Positions 46,118-56,050 of a stretch of 64,000 bases of DNA are shown piece after piece. The stretch is from Syntrophales bacterium (GTDB lineage Bacteria > Desulfobacterota > Syntrophia > Syntrophales > UBA8958). The stretch's first letter is position 1. The number at the start of each line of letters is the position of its first letter. The stretch spans positions 104,884 through 168,883 of the forward strand of contig DAORXN010000003.1 in the NCBI GenBank assembly GCA_035358955.1, given 5' to 3'. Below the pieces are notes generated by a model. That model was not told the DNA's origin and did no database searches. It saw nothing but the letters and a program-made list of their open reading frames with translations. The position numbers were made by a program, and so were the translations under genes.

Positions 46118-48709
46118 ATGACCGTAAAATATAAGCCGTTCGATATCGAGATCAAGTGGCAGAAGAGATGGGAGGAAGAGAAAATTTTTCACGTCTCGGA
46201 AGATCCCGGTCGACCCAAGTACTACCTACTCGAAATGTTTCCCTATCCCTCCGGTCGTATCCATATGGGGCATGTGCGGAACTACACGATTGGAGATGTG
46301 GTGGCCCGCTACAAGAGGATGAGGGGTTTTAATGTACTACATCCCATGGGCTGGGATGCCTTCGGCCTGCCGGCGGAGAATGCGGCCATTGCCCATGGCA
46401 TTCACCCCGCTGTCTGGACGAACGATAACATCAACTTCATGCGCAATCAGCTAAAACGTCTCGGTTTCAGTTACGATTGGGAGCGCGAGATTTCCACGTG
46501 CGAACCCAACTATTATCGGTGGGAGCAGCTTTTTTTCCTGTGGATGTATGAAAAAGGCCTCGCCTACAAGAAGACCTCGGTCGTAAACTGGTGTCCCGAT
46601 TGCCAGACCGTCCTGGCCAATGAACAGGTGGAGGGAGGGTTATGCTGGAGATGCTCCAGCGAGGTGGAACAGAGAGAGCTGGATCAATGGTTTTTCCGCA
46701 TAACGGCTTATGTGGAGGAACTGCTCGAGTTCTGCGACAAGCTCCCCGGCTGGCCGGAACGGGTCCTGACCATGCAGAAGAATTGGATCGGGAAAAGTTA
46801 CGGTTGCGAAGTTACGTTTCCCCTCGCCGATCGCACCGGCGAGATAAAGGTGTTCACTACCCGTCCCGACACCCTCTACGGGGCTACCTTTATGCTCATT
46901 GCCGCCGAGCACCCTCTCGTTATGGAGCTCATCGCCGGGAAGGAGCGAGAGACGGAAGTAAGGGAATGGGTGGAGAAGATAAAGAAGCAGGATAGGGTGC
47001 TTCGCACCTCCGATTATTACGAAAAAGAGGGCATCTTCCTCGATACTTACTGCATAAACCCCCTTACTAAGAAGAAAATGCCCGTCTTTGCGGCAAATTT
47101 TGTGCTCGCCGATTACGGTACCGGTTGTGTCATGGCCGTTCCCACCCATGACCAGAGAGACTTCGAATTTGCCAAGAAGTACAATTTACCCCTCATAATC
47201 GTCATCCAGCCCCACAACAAGACCCTTAATACCCAGACCATGACGGAAGCCTACGTTGAGGACGGTATCCTTGTCAACTCGGGCCCCTTCACAGGCATGG
47301 AAAACCGAGAAGCTATGGACAAGATCATAAGTTACCTCGAGGAGCGTGGCATGGGAAAAAGGACCGTCCAGTACCGTCTCCGGGATTGGGGGATATCTCG
47401 TCAAAGGTACTGGGGTGCGCCCATCCCCATCGTTTACTGTGAGAAATGCGGCACCGTACCGGTGAAAGAAGAGGATTTGCCCGTCGTTCTCCCCTATGAC
47501 GTGGAATTTACGGGGGAAGGAGGTTCACCCCTGGCCCGACAGGACGAGTTCGTAAACACCGTATGCCCTCGGTGTGGTGGGCCGGCGCGGAGAGAGACAG
47601 ACACCATGGACACCTTCGTCGAATCGTCCTGGTATTTCGCCCGGTTCTGCTCGGCCCGCTACGATAAGAAGCCGGGATTGGAGAGAGAAAAGCTCGACTA
47701 CTGGCTTCCCGTTGATCAGTATATAGGGGGCATCGAGCACGCCATTCTCCACCTCTTGTATGCGAGATTCTACACCAAAATGCTGCGGGACTTCGGAATA
47801 ATGGGTATCGATGAGCCTTTTACCAACCTTCTGACCCAGGGCATGGTCTGCAAGGAAACGCAAAGATGTCCTCAACACGGTTATCTATATCCTACGGAAG
47901 TAAAGGATGGCCGATGTATGCACTGCCGTGAACAGGTTATTGTGGGTAAAACGGAGAAGATGTCCAAGTCGCTGAAAAACGTGGTGGACCCCGATTACCT
48001 GATCCAGCGTTATGGGGCTGATACGGTGCGCATGTTTTGCCTCTTTGCCGCACCCCCGGAAAAAGACCTGGAATGGAGCGATCAGGGGGTAGAAGGGGCC
48101 TTCCGTTTCCTCAACCGGACGTGGAGGATCTTTGTAGAGTACCTCGATGCCGTAAGGGACGTTCCACCCTATGCCGGAGAAGGAGAAATCAATGAGGATT
48201 TAAGGGCCTTGCGCAAGAAAACACATCAGACCATCATGAAGGTGACACGGGACATAGAGGACCGTTTTCATTTCAATACGGCCATAAGTGCCATCATGGA
48301 GTTGGTCAACACCCTGTATCTTACTCCCCGTCCGGCCGAGGAAGACAAAATAGCCCTCTCCGTGGTGAGAGAGACGTTGGAGGCCATTCTCTTGCTTCTT
48401 GGCCCCATCGTACCCCACTTTGCTTCGGAGCTGTGGTCTCTCATGGGGCATAAGGACTTGATAGTCGATGCGCCGTGGCCTCAGTACGACAAAAACGTGG
48501 CGAGTGAAGAGCAAATTACCATTGTCGTCCAGGTAAACGGAAAGTTAAGAAGCCGCATCACGGTCATGGCGGATGAGGAAGAAGAGGCCATAAAGGCCAT
48601 GGCGAGAGAGGACGAAAAGGTAAAAAAGATAATTGCGGGGAGAGAAATTGTAAAAGAGGTCTATGTGCCGAAGAAGCTCGTCAATCTCGTGGTGAAAGAG
48701 GACTCATAG
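46118..48709 (+). CDS. leuS: Leucyl-tRNA synthetase
   Basis: The sequence begins [18 protein letters not shown] and carries a HIGH-type motif ([10 protein letters not shown]) and a KMSKS motif. The ORF-track start at 46055 is probably an over-extension. Confidence 0.95.
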   Translation: MTVKYKPFDIEIKWQKRWEEEKIFHVSEDPGRPKYYLLEMFPYPSGRIHMGHVRNYTIGDVVARYKRMRGFNVLHPMGWDAFGLPAENAAIAHGIHPAVWTNDNINFMRNQLKRLGFSYDWEREISTCEPNYYRWEQLFFLWMYEKGLAYKKTSVVNWCPDCQTVLANEQVEGGLCWRCSSEVEQRELDQWFFRITAYVEELLEFCDKLPGWPERVLTMQKNWIGKSYGCEVTFPLADRTGEIKVFTTRPDTLYGATFMLIAAEHPLVMELIAGKERETEVREWVEKIKKQDRVLRTSDYYEKEGIFLDTYCINPLTKKKMPVFAANFVLADYGTGCVMAVPTHDQRDFEFAKKYNLPLIIVIQPHNKTLNTQTMTEAYVEDGILVNSGPFTGMENREAMDKIISYLEERGMGKRTVQYRLRDWGISRQRYWGAPIPIVYCEKCGTVPVKEEDLPVVLPYDVEFTGEGGSPLARQDEFVNTVCPRCGGPARRETDTMDTFVESSWYFARFCSARYDKKPGLEREKLDYWLPVDQYIGGIEHAILHLLYARFYTKMLRDFGIMGIDEPFTNLLTQGMVCKETQRCPQHGYLYPTEVKDGRCMHCREQVIVGKTEKMSKSLKNVVDPDYLIQRYGADTVRMFCLFAAPPEKDLEWSDQGVEGAFRFLNRTWRIFVEYLDAVRDVPPYAGEGEINEDLRALRKKTHQTIMKVTRDIEDRFHFNTAISAIMELVNTLYLTPRPAEEDKIALSVVRETLEAILLLLGPIVPHFASELWSLMGHKDLIVDAPWPQYDKNVASEEQITIVVQVNGKLRSRITVMADEEEEAIKAMAREDEKVKKIIAGREIVKEVYVPKKLVNLVVKEDS

Positions 48710-48710
48710 T

Positions 48711-49232
48711 GTGAATAGGCTTATACCTTTGAGTGTGGCGGTAGTTTCCCTTTTTTTCATTCTTTCGGGCTGTGGATACCGCTTTGCCGGGGAAGAGGTG
48801 GAGCTGAAGAAAGTGGGGACTTCCATCTACGTGGCCCCGTTTGAGAATAGTACCCGGGAGGCTTATGTGGATAGCTTCTTGAGAAGTGCCATCATGGATT
48901 GGTTTCTCAAGGCCACGAGATTGAAGGTCGTAACGAGGGAGGAAGAGGCGGATCTCGTTCTCGTCGGGAAGGTAAGAAATATGTACACCGTCCCCATCTC
49001 TTATCGCCTGGGAAACATCGCCGCCGAAGAGAGGGTTCAGGTGAAGTTAGAAGTTTCCTTGAAAGAAAGGCGAAGCGGCAAGATTGTTTGGGAAGAAAAA
49101 GAGATGGTAGGGGAACAGGATTATTCGGTGGTGGATGTGAACCGCCGGGAGGATGCCCGCCGTTCTGCCCTCATTAAGCTGGCCAATGATATGGGCGAGC
49201 GCATTTACCGACCCATAGCTGCCAGATATTAA
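48711..49232 (+). CDS. lptE: LPS-assembly lipoprotein LptE-like
   Basis: 173-aa ORF with a lipobox LSGC followed by GYRFAG, in the conserved position after leuS. It has a GTG start. Confidence 0.7.
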   Translation: MNRLIPLSVAVVSLFFILSGCGYRFAGEEVELKKVGTSIYVAPFENSTREAYVDSFLRSAIMDWFLKATRLKVVTREEEADLVLVGKVRNMYTVPISYRLGNIAAEERVQVKLEVSLKERRSGKIVWEEKEMVGEQDYSVVDVNRREDARRSALIKLANDMGERIYRPIAARY

Positions 49233-49507
49233 TGGGCCGCCGGTTGCAGGAGGGTATTTACCTTTCTGGTTAAGCGGGATATCTTCCTTGCCGCCGAGCG
49301 TTTGTGGATTACGCCTTTCGCCGCCGCCTTGCTGATCTTGGAAATGGCCGCTCGGAGGGCATCTTTTGACGCTTCATAGTTTTTCGCTTCGAGGGTTTGC
49401 AGGACCTTCTTGACGGCCGTCTTCAAGTTAGATTTTACCACCCTATTTCTCAGACGTCTTTTTTCATTCTGCCGCGCCCTTTTGATGGCCGATTTGCTGT
49501 GAGCCAC
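49229..49507 (-). CDS. rpsT: 30S ribosomal protein S20
   Basis: 92-aa ORF beginning MAHSKSAIKRARQNEKRRLRN. Confidence 0.95.
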   Translation of the reverse strand: MAHSKSAIKRARQNEKRRLRNRVVKSNLKTAVKKVLQTLEAKNYEASKDALRAAISKISKAAAKGVIHKRSAARKISRLTRKVNTLLQPAAH

Positions 49508-49607
49508 TGAGTAACTTTCCTCCTACGAGAAATGTGAAACGTGCTCCTATCTTAAATGTCCATCGATGTCAAGGGATAATTGCGCCCCCGGGGTGTTTTT
49601 AAGGTTT

Positions 49608-51416
49608 TTATGAGGCCTCGAGGAGGGCCCGAATTTCTTCCCCTTCTAATTTTTCCTTTTCTAACAGGAGCTTTGCCCCTCTCACGAGAGCTTCCTTTCG
49701 GTTTAGGAGGATCTCTTTTGCCCTTTTGTACTGTTCGTCTATGATCTGCCTTATTTCCGAATCGATTAATTCCGCCGTCGCTTCGCTGTAATCGCCCCTT
49801 GCCGGTCCGCTCCCGACATCGAGAAAGTAAGGCCTTTTTTCATCGGCAAAATAGACCTGCCCTAACTGACCGCTCATCCCGTATTCTTTGATCATGCTCC
49901 GGGCGATGTCCGTAGCCCGGGCGAGGTCATTGTGGGCCCCCGTCGAAATATCCCCGAAGATGATTTCTTCTGCGGCCCTTCCGCCCAAAAGGGAGGCAAT
50001 CTTGTTTAGCAGCTCCGTTTTCTTCATGAGAAACCTGTCTTCCGTCGGGACCTGAATCGTGTAACCCAGGGCGGCGATCCCGCGGGGAATGATGGATATT
50101 TTCTGCACCGGATCGGTACCTGGTAGGGATAAGGCAACGAGGGCGTGTCCCATTTCGTGGTAGGCGACGATCTCTCGTTCTTCCTTGCTGATCAGGCGAT
50201 TCTTCTTCTCCAGACCGGCGATTATTCTCTCCACTGCTTCTTCGAATTCTGCCATTTCCACCTGGTTTTTGTTGTGCCTAACGGCGAGCAGGGCGGCCTC
50301 GTTGACGAGATTGGCGAGGTCTGCCCCGACCATGCCCGGGGTCATATTGGCGAGTTTCTCAATGTCTACATCGGGCCCGATCTTTACTTTTTTCAGATGA
50401 ACCCGCAGGATATCCATGCGGCCCTTTTTGTCCGGCCGGTCTACCAGGACGTGGCGATCGAAACGCCCGGGCCTTAAGAGGGCCGGGTCAAGTATTTCTG
50501 GCCTGTTGGTGGCGGCCATAATGATGACACCCGTCCGGGAATCGAAGCCGTCCATTTCCACGAGTAACTGGTTCAAGGTCTGCTCCCGCTCATCGTGGCC
50601 GGAAGTAACGCCAAATCCCCTTGCCTTCCCTAAGGCATCGAGCTCGTCGATAAAGATGATACAGGGGGCCTTCTGCTTGGCCTGCTCGAACAAATCCCGG
50701 ACTCGGGCGGCCCCCATGCCGACGAACATTTCCACGAATTCGGAGCCGCTCATGCTTAAAAAGGGTACGCCACTTTCCCCTGCCACCGCTTTGGCGAGGA
50801 GCGTCTTGCCTGTCCCCGGCGGTCCCACCAGGAGGACACCTTTCGGGATCCTTCCTCCTAAGGCGGCAAATTTTTCTGGGTTTTTCAAGTAGTCAATGAT
50901 TTCGACCAATTCTTGCTTGGCTTCATCGACGCCGGCGACGTCATCGAAGGTGACATTTAAGTCGCTTTGCATGTAGATGCGGGCCTTGCTTTTTCCTAAC
51001 TGGAGAAAACCCGCCTGCCGACCGTTTAATCGCTTCATGAGGAGATACCAGACCCCGAAAAAGAGGAAGATGGGGAATAACCAAGAAAATAAGTCCTTTA
51101 AAAAGGTGGATTCGATTTCCCCTTTAAAAACGACGGGATATTTCTCCAGCATGGACGAAAGTTCCTGATCGACCCGGATGGTGCGGAAGGATTTTAGTTC
51201 GCCACTTTCCGTCTTCATCTTACCTTGGATTTGATTGGCAGAGATGGCAATTTCTGTTATCCTGCCACTCTTTAGGAGGGAGAGAAATTGGCTGTAAGGG
51301 ATCACCTGAATCGAGAGGAGGGCAGAGATGTAGCTCTGAATGATGAGCACCACCCAGATGCCGATAAGCACGTACCAGAGGGAAAATTTATGATGCTTTT
51401 CCATAGGACTTTCCAC
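49608..51416 (-). CDS. ftsH: ATP-dependent zinc metalloprotease FtsH
   Basis: 602-aa ORF with two N-terminal TM segments, Walker A GPPGTGKT, a second region of homology, and the zinc motif HEMGH. Confidence 0.95.
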   Translation of the reverse strand: MESPMEKHHKFSLWYVLIGIWVVLIIQSYISALLSIQVIPYSQFLSLLKSGRITEIAISANQIQGKMKTESGELKSFRTIRVDQELSSMLEKYPVVFKGEIESTFLKDLFSWLFPIFLFFGVWYLLMKRLNGRQAGFLQLGKSKARIYMQSDLNVTFDDVAGVDEAKQELVEIIDYLKNPEKFAALGGRIPKGVLLVGPPGTGKTLLAKAVAGESGVPFLSMSGSEFVEMFVGMGAARVRDLFEQAKQKAPCIIFIDELDALGKARGFGVTSGHDEREQTLNQLLVEMDGFDSRTGVIIMAATNRPEILDPALLRPGRFDRHVLVDRPDKKGRMDILRVHLKKVKIGPDVDIEKLANMTPGMVGADLANLVNEAALLAVRHNKNQVEMAEFEEAVERIIAGLEKKNRLISKEEREIVAYHEMGHALVALSLPGTDPVQKISIIPRGIAALGYTIQVPTEDRFLMKKTELLNKIASLLGGRAAEEIIFGDISTGAHNDLARATDIARSMIKEYGMSGQLGQVYFADEKRPYFLDVGSGPARGDYSEATAELIDSEIRQIIDEQYKRAKEILLNRKEALVRGAKLLLEKEKLEGEEIRALLEAS

Positions 51417-51455
51417 CTTTATAATATAATCATTCGGGGTTTACAAATAAATTTT

Positions 51456-52226
51456 ATGGCCCTTTTTTTCGCCCTCTGCCCGCTTGCGAGCGGATGGGCG
51501 GGGGACGTGATAAAGCGGGAAATTGTTTACCGCGTAGTGGCTTCCTTTCCCCACGCACCTCAAGCCTTCACCCAGGGCCTGTACTACGAAAAGGGGTTTT
51601 TTTACGAAAGTACGGGTCTTTATGGGCAATCTTCTCTCCGGATGGTGGAGGCCCGCACGGGCCGGATAAAAAGAAAAGTAGCCTTGCCCGATGAATGGTT
51701 CGGGGAAGGGATTACAGTCTTAGGCGACCGCCTCATCCAGCTTACCTGGCGAACGGGGATAGGGATCGTCTACGATAAGAAAACCTTCAGTCGGAGGAAG
51801 ATGTTTCATTACCTCCATGAGGGTTGGGGGATTACCCATGACGGTCATCGCCTCTTGGTAAGCGATGGGACGGAGGTGATCCGTTTTTGGCATCCGACCG
51901 ATTTTCGCGAAATAGGCCGCCTAAGAGTTATGGAGGGAGGAAAACCGGTTTACGGTCTAAACGAGCTCGAGTTCATCGAGGGTAGCATTTACGCCAATGT
52001 TTGGCCCACGGCGCGGATTATCCGTATAAATCCAGTCTCTGGGCAGGTTACAGGGGAGATGGATTTGAGCGGCCTTATCGCTACCTTCGAGAAAAAAGAC
52101 GTGGATGTGGCCAACGGCATTGCCTACGATCCCATAAGCCGTCTTGTCTTCATAACCGGTAAATTCTGGCCGCGGGTTTTTGTGATTAAGATAGAACATA
52201 GCGAATTACGAGAAAGCCGCCGATGA
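51456..52226 (+). CDS. Glutamine cyclotransferase (plant/bacterial beta-propeller type)
   Basis: 256 aa from the ATG at 51456, with a signal peptide and the pattern FTQGLYYEKGFFYESTGLYGQSSL. The ORF-track start at 51288 lies inside ftsH. Confidence 0.8.
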   Translation: MALFFALCPLASGWAGDVIKREIVYRVVASFPHAPQAFTQGLYYEKGFFYESTGLYGQSSLRMVEARTGRIKRKVALPDEWFGEGITVLGDRLIQLTWRTGIGIVYDKKTFSRRKMFHYLHEGWGITHDGHRLLVSDGTEVIRFWHPTDFREIGRLRVMEGGKPVYGLNELEFIEGSIYANVWPTARIIRINPVSGQVTGEMDLSGLIATFEKKDVDVANGIAYDPISRLVFITGKFWPRVFVIKIEHSELRESRR

Positions 52227-52803
52227 GCAGGATGGTAAAGAGGAAGGCAAGCCAATTGAAGTAGCGGTCTATGAAGGCGGTGATAGGGGCCCCGAATTTC
52301 CATATGAGGGCCGCGACGAGAAAGAACCTCGCGCCCCGGCTCACTAAGGAAGCGAAAACGAACATGGGAAAATTGATGGCGCAGGCGCCGCCGGCAATCG
52401 TGAATACCTTGTAAGGTATGGGGGTAAAGCCGGCAGTGAAGATTACCCAGAAGTTCCAATCTTCGAATTGCTTTTGAATTGTTTCAAACAAGGGTACGGA
52501 AAAGCCGGGGATGTGGTGAAAGAAGAACCACGCGAGGGGGGAGAATTGCCCCGGTGATGACCACCAGGCAAAGTATCCGATGGCGTACCCTATGATGGCC
52601 CCGCCGATACTGCCTAAGGTGCAGATGAGGGCGAGGCGAAAGGCCCGTACCGGCGCACCCAAGACCAGGGCAATGAGCAGGGGGTCAGGGGGAATGGGGA
52701 AGAAGGATGCCTCGGCCGTGGCCAATAAAAAGAGGGCCCCGGCCCCGTAAGGGGTTTCGGCCCAGTGAAGTACCCAGTCGTAAAGCTTACGCAAAAGGCG
52801 CAT
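52186..52803 (-). CDS. YqaA/DedA-family membrane protein
   Basis: 205-aa polytopic ORF. The N-terminus YDWVLHWAETPYGAGALFLLATAEASFFPIPPD is typical of YqaA-type proteins. Confidence 0.75.
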   Translation of the reverse strand: MRLLRKLYDWVLHWAETPYGAGALFLLATAEASFFPIPPDPLLIALVLGAPVRAFRLALICTLGSIGGAIIGYAIGYFAWWSSPGQFSPLAWFFFHHIPGFSVPLFETIQKQFEDWNFWVIFTAGFTPIPYKVFTIAGGACAINFPMFVFASLVSRGARFFLVAALIWKFGAPITAFIDRYFNWLAFLFTILLIGGFLVIRYVLS

Positions 52804-52821
52804 AGAAGGTTACCTCCTCCT

Positions 52822-54057
52822 TCATATTTGCCACCGCCTGAAGCGGCGAAGGAGAATAAGCGCCGGGATACAGGCGACGGTGCAGATGGTGAAGAACCAT
52901 ATCCAGCCCACCGAGGCAACGAGAAATCCGGTGGGAGCGCCTACCAAATAGCGGCTGATGGCCATCAGACTACTCAGGAAGGCATATTGGGTGGCGGTGA
53001 ATTTTGTGTTGCAAAGGGACATAAGTAACGTCATGTAAGCGGCAGTACCCATCCCACCAGTAAAATTTTCCAACCCGATCACCAAGCTCAAAGCCCAAAT
53101 GCTTCGGCCGGTAAATTCGAGGAAAAGAAAGGTGAAGGTAGAGAGGCCTTGAAAAACACCGAAGAGGAAAAGTGACCGGGGAAGGGTAAGGTAGTTAAGT
53201 AAGCATCCCCCGACGATGCCGCCGGCTATGGTTGCAATCATGCCGAACCCTTTCAAGATCATCCCGAGCTCCGTCCGCGTATAGGTGAGGTGTCCTAAAA
53301 GATAGGGGGTCGTCATCTGGGCCGCGGCCACATCTCCTATTTTGTACAACACCACGAATAACAAGACCTCGATTGCTCCCCGGCGAGCCAAGAGGTCGCA
53401 AAAAGGCAAGGTAAGACTCTTTGTCAAGGGCTCTTTCTGTGAGGGGAAGGAGTTATCCGCCGGGGTGTTGGGGGCAAGGAGGACGGCGATGGCGCAGGGT
53501 AGGAGCGTCATGGCGAGAAGGAAGAATACCTTTGGCCAGGGGAGGTAGTCTGACAAGATGAGCCCCAGGGCACCTCCCACGAGAATCGCGAGCCGGTAAC
53601 CCGTGATCCAAACGGCAGCACCGGGCCCCCTTTCTTCCGGGGAGAGGTACTCCGTTCGATAGGCGTCTAAGGCAATATCCTGGCTGGCGCTGAGAAAGGC
53701 GATTGTAATGGTAAAGAAAGCGGTGAGACCCGTAAGCCGGGCGGGATTCAAAAACCCCATGGCGGAAATGCTAATAAAAAGGGCAAGCTGCAAGATGAGT
53801 ATCCAGCCCCGGCGCCGGCCGAGAAAGGGGAGGGCCAAACGGTCCATGAAAGGAGACCAGAGGAATTTTCCCGCATAAGGGAGGCCCGTTAAGGCAAACA
53901 GGCCGATGGTGGGGAGATCTACGCCGTAAGACACCAGCCAAGCTGCCAAAGTGGTGCCCGTGAGCGTCAGGGGTAGACCGGAGGAAAACCCCAAAATGAG
54001 CATGAGGAAGAGGCGCCGATTCAAATAGATGGTAATTACGCTTTTCCCCATCGCCAT
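52822..54057 (-). CDS. ampG: AmpG-family muropeptide MFS transporter
   Basis: 411-aa MFS ORF with AmpG-like motifs (GFSSGLPL, KFLWSPFMDR, GRRRGWIL). Confidence 0.8.
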   Translation of the reverse strand: MAMGKSVITIYLNRRLFLMLILGFSSGLPLTLTGTTLAAWLVSYGVDLPTIGLFALTGLPYAGKFLWSPFMDRLALPFLGRRRGWILILQLALFISISAMGFLNPARLTGLTAFFTITIAFLSASQDIALDAYRTEYLSPEERGPGAAVWITGYRLAILVGGALGLILSDYLPWPKVFFLLAMTLLPCAIAVLLAPNTPADNSFPSQKEPLTKSLTLPFCDLLARRGAIEVLLFVVLYKIGDVAAAQMTTPYLLGHLTYTRTELGMILKGFGMIATIAGGIVGGCLLNYLTLPRSLFLFGVFQGLSTFTFLFLEFTGRSIWALSLVIGLENFTGGMGTAAYMTLLMSLCNTKFTATQYAFLSSLMAISRYLVGAPTGFLVASVGWIWFFTICTVACIPALILLRRFRRWQI

Positions 54058-54794
54058 TTTTGGGCGGCTTCGATCAGATGATTAAAGAGGCTAAGCTGGT
54101 ACAAGTCTGAAATCATTCGTTCTGGGTGCCACTGGACGCCGATAACAAAGCGCTTTTCTCGTGCCCAGGAAGAGGCGGCGTCAGGTTCGATCGCTTCTAC
54201 GATTCCGTCGAGGGAATAGGCACAAGGTTTGAAGCCCCGCCCCGGTGCCTGAGGTTGCACGGCCTGATGGTGAGAGGTGTTGGTGACCAGGGTTAACCCT
54301 TCGCCCGAAGCCAAAAGCTCGGCCAAATACGTGTGGGCTAAGATCTTTACTTCATGCCGGCCTTCTTTGTGGTTTACGGCTTTGTCTTGCTGAATGGACC
54401 ACTCATTCCTTATGTCCTGGATGAGTTTTCCTTCCCTCGCGATGGTCATAAGTTGCATGCCCCCGCAGATGCCAAGGACGGGGATTTCTGTCTTTTCGAG
54501 GACGTAATGGGCAAGAGCGAAATCGAAACGGTCCCGTAGGGGATGGATAAGTTCCTCCTCCGGCTGGGGATGACCACCGTAATGTTTTGGTGAGTAATCT
54601 TGGCCGCCAATGAAGATGAAACCATCCACCCGGGAAGAAATCTCCCTTATCGCATCAAGGTCGGCACTCGGGGGAATCAAAAGAGGGATTCCCCCGGCCG
54701 AAATGACCGCCTCGACATAGCTATAGGGAACTTCGACCCCTCCGCCGCTCAAAGATGTGTTCAGGCCTATGATTGGGCGCCTCTTACGGATCAC
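54036..54794 (-). CDS. Class I glutamine amidotransferase-like, peptidase C26 (gamma-glutamyl-GABA hydrolase family)
   Basis: 252-aa ORF with the nucleophile elbow GICGGMQ and a His region GVQWHPE. Confidence 0.8.
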   Translation of the reverse strand: MIRKRRPIIGLNTSLSGGGVEVPYSYVEAVISAGGIPLLIPPSADLDAIREISSRVDGFIFIGGQDYSPKHYGGHPQPEEELIHPLRDRFDFALAHYVLEKTEIPVLGICGGMQLMTIAREGKLIQDIRNEWSIQQDKAVNHKEGRHEVKILAHTYLAELLASGEGLTLVTNTSHHQAVQPQAPGRGFKPCAYSLDGIVEAIEPDAASSWAREKRFVIGVQWHPERMISDLYQLSLFNHLIEAAQKWRWGKA

Positions 54795-54799
54795 TTTGG

Positions 54800-56050
54800 T
54801 CAGATCATTTCAATGGCCGCCGCCATCGAAACCCCTCCACCTCCGCAGAGGGTTGCGAGCCCCAGGGATTTTCCCCTCTTCTTCATGGCGTGAATGAGGG
54901 TTACCATAATGCGGCAGCCGGTAGAACCGACGGGGTGCCCTAAGCCGACGCCGGAGCCGTTTACGTTGGTGATTTCCCGATTGAGCTTAAGTTCCCGTTC
55001 GCAGGCTAAGTACTGGGCGGCGAAGGCCTCGTTCAGTTCGATCAATTCGAAATCTTCGAGCTTTAGCCCCGATCTCTGGAGGAGGTCTCTTACCGCTGGC
55101 ACGGGGCTTAGGCCCATAACGGAGGGATGGCATCCGCCTTTCCCCACCGCCTTTATCCTGGCGATGGGTTTGAGGCCTAACTCTTGTGCCTTTTCCGCGG
55201 ACATGAGCACCATGGCGCTTGCGCCGTCGTTGATACCCGAGGCATTGCCCGCCGTTACCTTCCCAACTTTGGGAATGAAGGCCGGTGGAAGGGCAGCGAG
55301 ATCCGCCATCGTCAATCCCGGCCTGAAATGTTCGTCGCGGTCGAATACTTTGGGCGGTTGGCCCTTTTTTTGGGGAATCATCACCGGTACGATTTCTTCC
55401 TTGAAGTCCCCTTCCCGGGTGGCCCGCTCCACGTTGTTGTGACTTCTCAAGGCCACTTCATCTATTTCTTCCCGGGAGAGGTTATATTTGTATGCCACGA
55501 GCTCGGCCGTAACGCCCATGATATAAGGCTTACCCCGGAAAAGTTCGACAATGAGTCCTTCTTTGACGGGCCCTTTTTCCAATCCCGGGATGATGTGAGA
55601 GCCGGCATGGAGGGCATGAATTAGATCGTCCACGAGGACTTGATCTTGAAGGCGACTGCCCCACCGGGCGGTGGGAACGGAATAGGATATACCGGACATG
55701 TGTTCCATGCCACCTGCGAGGATACAGTCGGCAAGCCCCGCCCTGATCATGGCCCAGCCGGAAATTACGGCCTCCATACCGGAGATGCATACCCGATTGA
55801 TGGTTACGGCCGGTACGGTTTCAGGAATACCGGCCAAAAGAGCTGAGACACGAGCCGTGTTCAAGCTGTCGCTGGGTTCCCTGCAACATCCAAACCTTAC
55901 ATCGTCTATCATGTCGGACGTAATGCCTGCTCTTTTTATGGCTTCTTCCATCACGACGGCTCCTAATTGGGCCAGGTTGACATCACGCAGTGAACCACCG
56001 AAACTACCGATCGCAGTCCGGCAAGCGGATACAATGACGACTTCTTTCAT
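54800..56050 (-). CDS. Thiolase (acetyl-CoA C-acyl/acetyltransferase)
   Basis: 416-aa ORF with an active-site Cys context NRVCISGMEA, a His context GHPVGSTG and a C-terminal LCGGGG. Confidence 0.9.
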   Translation of the reverse strand: MKEVVIVSACRTAIGSFGGSLRDVNLAQLGAVVMEEAIKRAGITSDMIDDVRFGCCREPSDSLNTARVSALLAGIPETVPAVTINRVCISGMEAVISGWAMIRAGLADCILAGGMEHMSGISYSVPTARWGSRLQDQVLVDDLIHALHAGSHIIPGLEKGPVKEGLIVELFRGKPYIMGVTAELVAYKYNLSREEIDEVALRSHNNVERATREGDFKEEIVPVMIPQKKGQPPKVFDRDEHFRPGLTMADLAALPPAFIPKVGKVTAGNASGINDGASAMVLMSAEKAQELGLKPIARIKAVGKGGCHPSVMGLSPVPAVRDLLQRSGLKLEDFELIELNEAFAAQYLACERELKLNREITNVNGSGVGLGHPVGSTGCRIMVTLIHAMKKRGKSLGLATLCGGGGVSMAAAIEMI

